This document shows positions 9,482 to 18,136 of a stretch of DNA of 64,000 nt, one piece after another (the first letter of the stretch is position 1; each line of letters opens with the position of its first letter). Below the pieces are notes generated by a model. The model did no database searches and was not told the DNA's origin. It saw only the letters and a program-made list of their open reading frames with translations. The stretch lies in contig JAUXTO010000019.1 in assembly GCA_030679255.1 (NCBI GenBank), positions 1,699 through 65,698 of the forward strand. The letters are read 5' to 3'. The DNA is from Candidatus Gottesmanbacteria bacterium (GTDB taxonomy: Bacteria; Patescibacteriota; Microgenomatia; UBA10105; UBA927). The position numbers and the translations under genes were made by a program.

Positions 9482-9510
9482 TTGACACGCCATGGTTCAC
9501 GCGGTAGAGT
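9482..9510 (+). promoter_or_regulatory. Sigma70-type promoter, leaderless geometry
   Basis: TTGACA-17-TAGAGT, 6 nt before ATG 9517. CCATGG(T) palindromes at about 9450, 9463 and 9490. Confidence 0.7.
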
Positions 9511-9516
9511 ATGGGC

Positions 9517-9843
9517 ATGCTCACCAAGCAAGATAAACAATATCTTAAAGAAAACTTTGCTACCAAAGATGATCTCAAGCGTTTTGCTACCAAAGATGAA
9601 ACCCAAACGTTTATCCGGGTCGAGCTTGCACGCAATGAACCGGAACTTATCCGTAAAATATCGGATAAGGTGACGGAGACCCTTGGAGCAAAAATTGACA
9701 AGATGTACATCAAATTGGACTCGTTCGTTGGGGACATCAAAGCCCGTCGCGAAGAACAAGCCGCCCATGCCATCGACCACGGACGCATCACCGACCGCTT
9801 CGATCATATTGACCGCCATCTGGGTATCACCACCGCAGAATAA
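9517..9843 (+). CDS. Small coiled-coil protein with FATKDDLK repeat
   Basis: MLTKQDKQYLKENFATKDDLKRFATKDE...; start chosen from promoter spacing and the paralogue. Confidence 0.75.
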   Translation: MLTKQDKQYLKENFATKDDLKRFATKDETQTFIRVELARNEPELIRKISDKVTETLGAKIDKMYIKLDSFVGDIKARREEQAAHAIDHGRITDRFDHIDRHLGITTAE

Positions 9844-9915
9844 TGACCCCCACCCTTTTGACCCCCACCCTTCGGGGTTGATGACATATAGTTTGTTTTT
9901 TTTGTTACTTTTTTG

Positions 9916-10194
9916 GGCGCTTCATGCCCCTGTAATTCCCCAGCGATTATGTCCTACGGCATTCCCCAGCGAAAATGTCCTATACTCTTCGTCATCCCGG
10001 ACAAGCGAAGCGCGATCCGGGATCCATTTATACAGTTAAAAACGTTTAATTGACTTCTACAAAGGCGCAATATGGATTCCCGCTTTCGCGGGAATGACAA
10101 ACATATCAATTCAAGTCTAGCCATACAACAGGACAAAATCCCTGGGTAATGAACAGGACATTATTGCTGGGGAATGACAGGCGCTTCATGCCCC
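9916..10194. mobile_element. MITE-like element with TGT...ACA ends, ~50-bp imperfect terminal inverted repeats and 15-bp flanking direct repeats
   Basis: Direct repeat ggcgcttcatgcccc at 9916-9930 and 10180-10194. IRs at 9931-9980 and 10131-10179, each with two attccccagc..atgtcc-like subrepeats. Confidence 0.75.
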
Positions 10195-10226
10195 TTGACA
10201 CCGATACCCTGGCCATTTCATACTGA

Positions 10227-10880
10227 ATGGAAGGGAAAAATTCTATGCAATCTATGAAACGTATTGGATTGATCGTCATCGTCCTCCTATCTCTTTCCCT
10301 TTTTGTCCACACGGCCGAGGCCGCTTCCACTCCCCCGCCCGATGTCGATGATAAAACCGTCTACGGGTCGCTCACAGGTGCAGCAATTTCCCCAGGATGG
10401 AATTATCTCAAACTTGGAGCTACCTCATGTTCTGCCGGAACCATCTTCGATGAACTGCAAGCTGATGCGGGTGGAGGGGTGCGGATTGACAGTCTCTGGG
10501 TGGGCTCTGGCACAACCCTTTTGAGCGGTCAAACCTGGAAAGAGTACGCGTCTGCCGATACTACGGCCATAAAATCCGTCATCCCAGCTGGATCCAAACT
10601 TGCCCTCTATACTGCATCCCGGTTTTATATAGATTTCAATGAGAGCACTTGTTCTAAAGAACGTACGGTCAAACAAAAAACGCAAATCGACCAGGCACGC
10701 GCCGTGGCGGTACAAAACGTTGCCCCAATCGATCCTCCAAAGCAAAACGTATCTCTGACCACGAAAATAACTGCACCAGCCGGACGCATATTCACATGGC
10801 TGGTCAACACGTGGACGAATGGAATTTCCATGGTTTGGAGCCAGGTGACAGGATTATTTGGACTAGGTTCAAAAAAATAA
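10227..10880 (+). CDS. Secreted hypothetical protein
   Basis: Signal peptide 'MKRIGLIVIVLLSLSLFVHTAEA'; true start may be 10245 or 10254. Confidence 0.75.
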   Translation: MEGKNSMQSMKRIGLIVIVLLSLSLFVHTAEAASTPPPDVDDKTVYGSLTGAAISPGWNYLKLGATSCSAGTIFDELQADAGGGVRIDSLWVGSGTTLLSGQTWKEYASADTTAIKSVIPAGSKLALYTASRFYIDFNESTCSKERTVKQKTQIDQARAVAVQNVAPIDPPKQNVSLTTKITAPAGRIFTWLVNTWTNGISMVWSQVTGLFGLGSKK

Positions 10881-10931
10881 CTTTGACCTCTTGAAGTCCC
10901 ATCAGCTCATTGCGTATAGTATCCATATCCT

Positions 10932-12938
10932 ATGCACCCAACCCACAAAACAACCGCGGATCACATCGGCAGTTGGACGATCATCGCGACTGCCGGATTA
11001 CTTCCTCTTTACTTTCTCCCCCTCACTCAGGACTATTACGATACGAATAAATGGATGCTCCTCGTCTCAAGTGCGCTCATCGTGACCGGGCTCTGGATAT
11101 GGCGCTCGATTGCGTCGCGTTCCCTATCGTTTTCCTGGAATGCCACGACCAAATCCCTGGGCTGCCTCTCTCTCGTTTCGCTCGTGAGTTTACTCGTCCC
11201 CACGATCAAAGCACTCTTTGGTGGCGCGGGATTTCCTGATGGCACACTGAGCATGCCAAGCCGCATAGAAGCCTTCACGACGCCCCTAGGGACAGGGACG
11301 ATGATCGCGGTATTTCTATTGGCATTCCTGGGATCCACATTTTTTGATGAAAAATCCCGCGGGACCCTGCGTTGGGTCTTGTATACCGTGGTGAGTCTCA
11401 CGGGTCTCGTCGCCATCTATCAATTTTTCGGCCTTTCCCGCGCGGCCGGTCTTACCGGACTTGCCGGACTTGCATATCTGGCTGATCCCCTCTGGACCCC
11501 CGTGGGAACGAGCGTCGGACTTATGACGATACTCGCCGTGACCATCCCCCTCCTCATCGGCGAAATAATCCACCGCAAAAAGCAGGGGGCTGACACGCAT
11601 ATGATAGCTGCCATCCTGATGACGATTGCCGCCATTGGAGGCCTCATCCTCACCGCATTTCAAGCGTTCCCCCTCCTCCTTTCCGGCATGCTCCCCTACT
11701 GGGCCGCGTGGCAAGTGCTTCTGGAGAGTTGGAAAAATCTCAAACAATTGTTCGTCGGGGTGGGCGCGGAAAACTTTATCACCGCATTTACCGCCGGACG
11801 TCCGGCGATCCTCAATATGACGGGGGCCTGGAGTACCCGCTACGCGATCAGCTCGTCATTTCTTTTTCACATTGCGACGATTTATGGGATCCTGGGACTT
11901 ACAGCGTTGGGGTATTTTTTCGTTTCTCTGATACGCGGGAAACACACAGTCGCCGTGTTCATCAGTAGAATTATTGCCTTGATTGCGTTCATCCTCCTCC
12001 CGCCAAGTTTTCCGGCATTGGTTGTGTTCATCATGGTACTCATGATGGATACCCACGGAAACGAAACACATATTACTCTCCCCAAAAAACCAGTGCTTCT
12101 TTACGGATTGGGGTGCCTAATCCTTCTCCTCACCCTTTGGGCGAGTTATGGTCTTATACGCGTATACCGTGCGGAACTCGCCTTTGGTCGGTCTCTTGCG
12201 GCTCTCCAAAAACGCGAAGGGACGGCTGCCTACAACGCACAGATTGAAGCGATAACTCTGAACCCCGGGATTGCGAGATTTCATACAAGCTACAGTCAAA
12301 CCAATTTGAGCCTCGCCAATGCCCTGGCCGGCACCGCAAGCTCCTCGGCCCAACCCGAACAGGTGAAAAAAGACCGGGAAACAGCCACTCAACTCGTCCA
12401 GCAAGCCATCCGTGAGGCTAAAATTGCCGTCAATCTCGCGCCCAACAATATCCTCGTCTGGGAAAATATTGCCGCCGTCTATCAGGAGCTCACGGGAGTC
12501 GCCCAAGGCGCGGACCAGTGGACCGTGGCCAGCTACAGCCAGGCCATGCAGCTTGATCCCACCAATCCCGCGCTCCGGCTCAGATTGGGAGGCGCCTACG
12601 TGGGCCAGCAAAAGTTTGACCGGGCGTCGGAGCAATATATCGCGGCCATTGGGCTCAAACCCGACTTTGCCAATGCCTACTACAACCTGGGCTTCGTTTA
12701 CCGTGAAACAAAAAAATATTTAGCGGCCGCCCAGGCTATCCGCGAAGCACTCAAGTATGTGACACCAGGCAGTGACGGCGCGACACAAGGCCAAAATGAG
12801 CTTGATGCTCTGCGCAATCTTTTGACGGAGAAGGAAAAAGCAATACTGGATAACGCCAATACGGTCCAAACTAATGAACCGCTTCTCACTCCGGCTCCCA
12901 AAAAATCAGCGACCGAACCCCTGTCCCCTCTACCATAA
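10932..12938 (+). CDS. Polytopic membrane protein (O-antigen-ligase-like) with C-terminal TPRs
   Basis: About 12 TM segments, 'GVGAENF' loop, TPR motifs (LDPTNPALRLRLG, LKPDFANAYYNLG). Confidence 0.85.
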   Translation: MHPTHKTTADHIGSWTIIATAGLLPLYFLPLTQDYYDTNKWMLLVSSALIVTGLWIWRSIASRSLSFSWNATTKSLGCLSLVSLVSLLVPTIKALFGGAGFPDGTLSMPSRIEAFTTPLGTGTMIAVFLLAFLGSTFFDEKSRGTLRWVLYTVVSLTGLVAIYQFFGLSRAAGLTGLAGLAYLADPLWTPVGTSVGLMTILAVTIPLLIGEIIHRKKQGADTHMIAAILMTIAAIGGLILTAFQAFPLLLSGMLPYWAAWQVLLESWKNLKQLFVGVGAENFITAFTAGRPAILNMTGAWSTRYAISSSFLFHIATIYGILGLTALGYFFVSLIRGKHTVAVFISRIIALIAFILLPPSFPALVVFIMVLMMDTHGNETHITLPKKPVLLYGLGCLILLLTLWASYGLIRVYRAELAFGRSLAALQKREGTAAYNAQIEAITLNPGIARFHTSYSQTNLSLANALAGTASSSAQPEQVKKDRETATQLVQQAIREAKIAVNLAPNNILVWENIAAVYQELTGVAQGADQWTVASYSQAMQLDPTNPALRLRLGGAYVGQQKFDRASEQYIAAIGLKPDFANAYYNLGFVYRETKKYLAAAQAIREALKYVTPGSDGATQGQNELDALRNLLTEKEKAILDNANTVQTNEPLLTPAPKKSATEPLSPLP

Positions 12939-12961
12939 GAAGCGGGAAACGTTGAGAAGAA

Positions 12962-14059
12962 TTATCCGTCGTGCTTCACCCGTCCGGCGAGGGCTCCGGC
13001 GAAGATGAAACAGTAAAGGATAAGCCCCATGAAAAAGCCTTTGATGGAAAAGACAATCCCCTTCTCCTTTACCATGAATGCGAGGAATTTACGGGTGAGG
13101 AAGAGATGGAGGAAGAGAATGACCAATGACCAATACACAATGACCAATGGATAATAACAGGAAAAAATACTCACCACATTTGACATTTGACATTTGACAT
13201 TTGACATTGCGGGAAGCGTAGGGAGAAGCAAAAGACTTATCAGTCCGAAGAAGACCGTACCGACACCAGTCACCGTGGTGAGCGCTTCCTGCAATGTCGT
13301 GGCCACCGGATCAAATTTTTTCCGACGTTGATAAAGTTTCGTCCAGTAGTATGCCCGCAGAAAATATTTTTTGGCGACGGGCCAAAAGGACTCAAACTCG
13401 TGCCGGACGCGGACGTTGGGGGCAAAGATAATTGCGTAGCGCCGGGCTATTCTATAGGTGAGTTCAATGTCTTCCACGAGCGGGGCCGGATACGTCTCGT
13501 CAAAGCCACCGAGGCGCTGGAAGACGGTTTTTTTAATCGAAGCAATGCGAGTGGAAAATAAAAAGTAGTACCCGCTTTTGTCCCGCTCGTTGATCCAATA
13601 CGACCAGTCGCGCAGGGCTTTGTAGTTAGGAAAAAAAGCTTTACTGCGCTGCTCTTTCACCCATACACCGGTGACGGCGACCACATCCGGATCATCCTGG
13701 TAAATCTTGGCTAAATTGTGCAGCGTATCGGGAAACAGCTCGACGTCGCTATCGAGAAATACGACGAATTTCCCCCGGGCTACCTTTACCCCTCTGTTGC
13801 GCGCCACCGCCGGCCCCATATTCTTATGCAGCGTCACGACACGAAGTGAAAATTTTGAATTTACTTGCCCGCCGAAGCCTTGGCGAAGGCGGGTTTGGAA
13901 TTTGGAGCTTGGGATTTGGAATTTCGTCGACGATCCATCGTCAACGACGATCACCTCATATGAGGGAGCCTTTTTCGACCCCTGTATTGACCCGAGAAGC
14001 CGCCCGATGGTCTCAGACGAGTTGTGGTAAGGAATGATGAGAGAAAGGAATGGTTTCAT
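12962..14059 (-). CDS. GT2 glycosyltransferase with C-terminal TMs
   Basis: SLIIPYHN, VVDDGS, GPAVARNRG, FLDSD, GGFDE, EDIEL. Confidence 0.92.
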   Translation of the reverse strand: MKPFLSLIIPYHNSSETIGRLLGSIQGSKKAPSYEVIVVDDGSSTKFQIPSSKFQTRLRQGFGGQVNSKFSLRVVTLHKNMGPAVARNRGVKVARGKFVVFLDSDVELFPDTLHNLAKIYQDDPDVVAVTGVWVKEQRSKAFFPNYKALRDWSYWINERDKSGYYFLFSTRIASIKKTVFQRLGGFDETYPAPLVEDIELTYRIARRYAIIFAPNVRVRHEFESFWPVAKKYFLRAYYWTKLYQRRKKFDPVATTLQEALTTVTGVGTVFFGLISLLLLPTLPAMSNVKCQMSNVVSIFSCYYPLVIVYWSLVILFLHLFLTRKFLAFMVKEKGIVFSIKGFFMGLILYCFIFAGALAGRVKHDG

Positions 14060-14067
14060 AATTTTTT

Positions 14068-14205
14068 AATACTACCAATCCGACCCGCTTCGCCGATGCT
14101 TCAGCGAGGCGAGCAAATACTACCAATACTACCAAACGAAGCCAATACGTACTTTTATTCTTGGTAGTATTTGATATTGGTAGTATTGGATTATTGGTAG
14201 TATTA
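14068..14205. repeat. Intergenic inverted arrangement of 9-mer tandem repeats with an embedded palindrome
   Basis: (aatactacc)n on the left, (ggtagtatt)n on the right; cccgcttcgcc..cgaggcgagc at 14084-14114. Confidence 0.75.
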
Positions 14206-15756
14206 CTTTCGTATGAGTAATCCCCCTATCGTAGGGCTAGGCAGAAAGTGGGCAGCAATATAGGCTTGATCTACGGGCAAAAGCGTCGTCACGCGTTTCA
14301 CTCCCCCTTCAAAAATATACTTCGTGTTTGTTTTTTGTAGCGCTTCAATAAGCGCGGGCAGGGGGCGGGACAAGTACGGTGCTGATTGCCCAAAGGGCGT
14401 ACAGCAGACCACGTACGGATGCTTATAGTAGAGGGTTTCTCCGGTCAGATCAAGGATGTATTCTGTGGTGGGGATCGTTTTGTAAAGCATCGTCAATTGT
14501 TTGATCGTATCGGCATTGGTCCAACCGCGTTTGGGACTATTAACCGCCACAAAAACCTGCATGAGCCGGATCGAACCGAGGATAAACAGTGCTAAAAAAA
14601 CTCCGGTCGGGAGGAGATTAGCATGGTTTTTCGATAGCTCCACACTTCTGCGCCAAAGCATATCCACCGCATCGGCCGCGTAAAACGCGATGAATACAAC
14701 GATGGGGATGAGGTACTGCGTGTGTTTAAGCGGGACGATCTGGACGTAAAAAATGACATAAACGAAAAACGTTGAGGCGATCAAAAACTCTGACCAAGAC
14801 CTTCCTGGAGTAACGAGCCGGTAAAGTCCGACGAAAATAGCGGTAAGCCACATGGCGTGATTGGTGACCAGTCCCGCGTTCCATCCTGCCGTCCCATAGA
14901 ACGTGACGTTGGGATAGAAAAACAAATCCGGCATCATGATGAAGGTTTGACTGATTTTGTTGGCCTCAAGACCAAGCTTCGTGAGTGAGTATATTACCTG
15001 ATCAATATTGCCAAGGGTCAGCGTCCAGAGGGCAAATATAGATATAGGTAAAAACATTCCGGCAAGAAGATGCGCGAGCCCTTTGAAAGATTCCCGGAAT
15101 TCTAACTTCTTCCCCGCCTGCCGGACGGACAGGAATTCCGGGAATCGGATAGCACGAAGCAACTCTATCCCCACCGCCACCCCCACCTGCGGCAGAGTTT
15201 TGGGAAGGATGAGCAGGGATATGCCATAGAAAAAACCAGCGACCATCCCGCAAGACACTCTCTTGCAGCCTCGCAAGAGCATGTCTTGCGAGGCTAAGAC
15301 GTGAAAAACCATTCCGAGCATCGCGAACAAGACGGCCAAAGTATCCGGCCGGATTTCCAGGAATTTATCAAACGGCATGGGAAGAAATGCAAGGATCACG
15401 CCGGCCACGATCGCAGTCCACGACCGACGCATGAGCCAAAAGAGAAGCATCGTCACCCCGACCAATAAGACAAATATACCAAATTGAACTATTCTCGCCG
15501 CAAAAATTGGCGCGATCCCGCCTCCGAAGGCAAAAAGCGGCATGAGAAAAAGATGAAAACCCGGCGGAAAGAAAAAAAGGAAATCCACATAGGGCCGGCG
15601 GCCGGAAAACATCTGAAACGCCCACGACAAATGCGCAAATTCATCGACATCAAAATAGCGTGTCATGCCAAGCTGGAAGTGCCAATAAAGAAGAATAGAC
15701 AATAAACAAAAAGCAATAAACGAGAGAATAACTGAAATGAACTGACGTACATTCAT
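14203..15756 (-). CDS. GT-C fold (ArnT/PMT-like) membrane glycosyltransferase
   Basis: 'RYFDVDEFAHL', 'PYVDFLFFFPPG', 'EIRPD'; paralogue of 51263-53122; ATGA overlap with the upstream gene. Confidence 0.8.
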   Translation of the reverse strand: MNVRQFISVILSFIAFCLLSILLYWHFQLGMTRYFDVDEFAHLSWAFQMFSGRRPYVDFLFFFPPGFHLFLMPLFAFGGGIAPIFAARIVQFGIFVLLVGVTMLLFWLMRRSWTAIVAGVILAFLPMPFDKFLEIRPDTLAVLFAMLGMVFHVLASQDMLLRGCKRVSCGMVAGFFYGISLLILPKTLPQVGVAVGIELLRAIRFPEFLSVRQAGKKLEFRESFKGLAHLLAGMFLPISIFALWTLTLGNIDQVIYSLTKLGLEANKISQTFIMMPDLFFYPNVTFYGTAGWNAGLVTNHAMWLTAIFVGLYRLVTPGRSWSEFLIASTFFVYVIFYVQIVPLKHTQYLIPIVVFIAFYAADAVDMLWRRSVELSKNHANLLPTGVFLALFILGSIRLMQVFVAVNSPKRGWTNADTIKQLTMLYKTIPTTEYILDLTGETLYYKHPYVVCCTPFGQSAPYLSRPLPALIEALQKTNTKYIFEGGVKRVTTLLPVDQAYIAAHFLPSPTIGGLLIRK

Positions 15757-16439
15757 AAGAAAAATCGTATCATGTCGACGATTGTTTGAACGACGGTACG
15801 CCAACTGTTGCCTCCACCAACTTCATTATCGGAGCGTGCACGGTGAGCGATGGGAATTTCTGTGACCGAAAAGCCCAACCGTTTTGTCCGGATGACGAGC
15901 TCTGCATCGACGAACGCGGAAGAAGATGACAGATGCAGAGAGGTCAGAACAGACCGGCGAAGGAGACGTACCGAATTAACATCATGGAGTGTGACACCGA
16001 ACAACCATCGGAGCAATGTGTTATAAATCCACGAGGAAAAAAGTCTGTTAGTCGGATCGTGGCGTTTGACCCGCCAGCCCAAAATCATATCATTGTTTCC
16101 AATGTGCGGTATCAATTTTTGCACTTCCTTCGCCCCGATTTGATAATCCCCGGGGATCGTAAAGAGCCACTCATATTGGCCTGCAAAATACAGTTCCTTT
16201 ATCGTCCTGCCATACCCCTGATTCGTCCGATGGGTGATGACACGGATATTTTTATATTTCTTCATGAGATTGACAAGGCCAGGCCCTGTCCTATCGTGGG
16301 ATCCGTCATCCGTGACGATTATTTCAAATTTCTTTGCTACCCGCCGGCCCACCGCAACGGCTTCCGCAACAACTTTTTCTATCGTCGCTTCATCGTTATA
16401 CGCCGGGATGAGAAGGGAAAGAGAAGAAAGCTTGATCAT
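15753..16439 (-). CDS. GT2 polyprenol-phosphate glycosyltransferase
   Basis: LLIPAYND, TDDGSHD, NQGYG, PGDYQ. Start placed at ATG 16439. Confidence 0.9.
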   Translation of the reverse strand: MIKLSSLSLLIPAYNDEATIEKVVAEAVAVGRRVAKKFEIIVTDDGSHDRTGPGLVNLMKKYKNIRVITHRTNQGYGRTIKELYFAGQYEWLFTIPGDYQIGAKEVQKLIPHIGNNDMILGWRVKRHDPTNRLFSSWIYNTLLRWLFGVTLHDVNSVRLLRRSVLTSLHLSSSSAFVDAELVIRTKRLGFSVTEIPIAHRARSDNEVGGGNSWRTVVQTIVDMIRFFL

Positions 16440-16441
16440 AG

Positions 16442-17431
16442 TTACCAGTAGTGTATTTTGTATTTCCCGTAATACGCAACAGTTTGTTTGAGTCCTGCTT
16501 CCAAACTCGTCACGGGTTTCCAGCATGTCAATTTTATTATTTTGGTGATATCACTCGTAAAGTCGCCCGGCTCCTGGGCTGCCCGCCCCGGGGAAAATGG
16601 CGTTCGCTTGATACTCCCCGATCCGGCGACCCGGACGATGGTTTTGGCGAGTGTCATAAAATCGCTCGCTGTGGGTTGACCAACGTTTATTATCTCGCCG
16701 TAACAGGATGGCTCTAGTGTGCAACGAAGCATGGCCTCAATGCAATCATCGATATACAAGAAGTCTCGCTTGAGCTTTCCGTCGCCGTAGACCGGGATCG
16801 TTTTGCCGTCCATAGCAAGGCGCACAAACCAGTTGACGACACCATAATGGTCATGACGCATTTGACTTCGTGGGCCATAGATATTGGTCAACCTCAGACA
16901 AACCGAGCGGACTCCATGCACGTCGTGATAAACCTGCACCATTTTTTCGGCAGTCAAATTCGTGATCTCATACATCCCACGCGGGTTGGTCGGGGCATCT
17001 TCACGGACGGGTAATTTCACTTGTTTCCCGTACTGGCCGCGCGTCCCGGCATAGATCAAACGGACCGAAGGATTATATTTTTTACACGCTTCCAATAAAA
17101 TTGCAGTACCGCGGATATTGACGTCGATATCGGGGAAGGGATCCGTAAGGCTCAGGATGTGATCCGTCTGACGGGCGAGATGAAAAATATAGTCTTTATC
17201 TTTGACGGCATTCCCCACTAGTGCCGAGTCGCGGACATCACCATGAATAATGGTGGTTTTCTTCTTAATGGGTTCAATATTAAAAACATTTCCCCCCAGC
17301 CCGGGAGTGAGATTGTCGAGGATGGTCACCTTTGCCCCGTCTTTCACCAAGGCAATGGCAAGATTACTCCCGATAAATCCGAGGCCCCCGGTGATGAGGA
17401 TAGTTTTACCGTCAAAACTTTGTTGCATCAT
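16442..17431 (-). CDS. NAD-dependent nucleotide-sugar epimerase/dehydratase (extended SDR)
   Basis: TGGLGFIG, 'RLTNIYGP', 'RDFLYIDD'. The catalytic motif reads YEITN rather than YxxxK. Confidence 0.92.
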   Translation of the reverse strand: MMQQSFDGKTILITGGLGFIGSNLAIALVKDGAKVTILDNLTPGLGGNVFNIEPIKKKTTIIHGDVRDSALVGNAVKDKDYIFHLARQTDHILSLTDPFPDIDVNIRGTAILLEACKKYNPSVRLIYAGTRGQYGKQVKLPVREDAPTNPRGMYEITNLTAEKMVQVYHDVHGVRSVCLRLTNIYGPRSQMRHDHYGVVNWFVRLAMDGKTIPVYGDGKLKRDFLYIDDCIEAMLRCTLEPSCYGEIINVGQPTASDFMTLAKTIVRVAGSGSIKRTPFSPGRAAQEPGDFTSDITKIIKLTCWKPVTSLEAGLKQTVAYYGKYKIHYW

Positions 17432-17462
17432 GGGAAATTGTAGCATAGAATAGCAAAGGAAA

Positions 17463-17807
17463 ATGAAAACGAACGTACTCTACTACGCCACACCCAACGG
17501 CACAAACGTTATACGCGAGTTTATTCTTTCGCTTGAGAAACGCCAACAAGCAAAAATCCGCCGAATATTTCAAACGATCAGCCAGTACGGTCTCTCCTCT
17601 ATCCTCCCCCATACAAAAAAATTGACCGGAACGCCACTTTGGGAAATACGCATCCTCGGGGGTGACAATATACGAGTCATATACATTGTCCCACTGGTAA
17701 ACACCGTACTCGTCCTCCATGGATTTATCAAAAAATCACAAAAAACACCACCGCGGGAACTGCAGATTGCCCAACATAGACTGAGTGACTGGCAACAGAG
17801 TCATTGA
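17463..17807 (+). CDS. RelE/HigB (Gp49-like) toxin
   Basis: 'PHTKKLTGTPLWEIRI...RVIY...LHGFIKKSQKTP'; precedes an HTH antitoxin. Confidence 0.88.
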   Translation: MKTNVLYYATPNGTNVIREFILSLEKRQQAKIRRIFQTISQYGLSSILPHTKKLTGTPLWEIRILGGDNIRVIYIVPLVNTVLVLHGFIKKSQKTPPRELQIAQHRLSDWQQSH

Positions 17808-17840
17808 CGAGTGACATCATATATGATATAAAATCTGTAT

Positions 17841-18134
17841 ATGAAAAAAAGAAAAATTCGCTACTACACATTTGAGGATGATCTAAAAAAAAGCTTGAAA
17901 GATCCCGGATTTCGTAAGGCCTGGAAAGATTCTGAGGCTGAATATCTCGTCTCCAGGGGAATCATAGAAAAACGCCTTGCCAAAAAACTTTCCCAACGGG
18001 ATCTTGCTCTCCGCGTCAAAACGTCTCAGGCAGCTATCTCGCGGGTAGAGGCCATGAATGGTAATCCTTCTCTTGGATTCCTTAAGCGTATTGCCACCGC
18101 ACTTGGGACAAATCTACGCATTTCATTCTCATAA
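17841..18134 (+). CDS. XRE-family HTH antitoxin (HigA-like)
   Basis: 'LSQRDLA...TSQAAISRVE...NPSLGFLKRIA'; palindrome atcatatatgat in its promoter. Confidence 0.88.
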   Translation: MKKRKIRYYTFEDDLKKSLKDPGFRKAWKDSEAEYLVSRGIIEKRLAKKLSQRDLALRVKTSQAAISRVEAMNGNPSLGFLKRIATALGTNLRISFS

Positions 18135-18136
18135 CT

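Larger units (their letters stand above)
7079..9877. repeat. Six dispersed CACCCTTCGGGTG hairpins separating small genes
   Basis: Copies at 7079, 8350 (variant), 8799, 8966, 9304 and 9866 (variant); most lie just after a stop codon. Confidence 0.85.

Noticed and set aside
7079-9877. Classical integron attC array
   Set aside because: The 13-bp core lacks the RYYYAAC...GTTRRRY boxes and no IntI is present; kept only as a cassette-like hypothesis.
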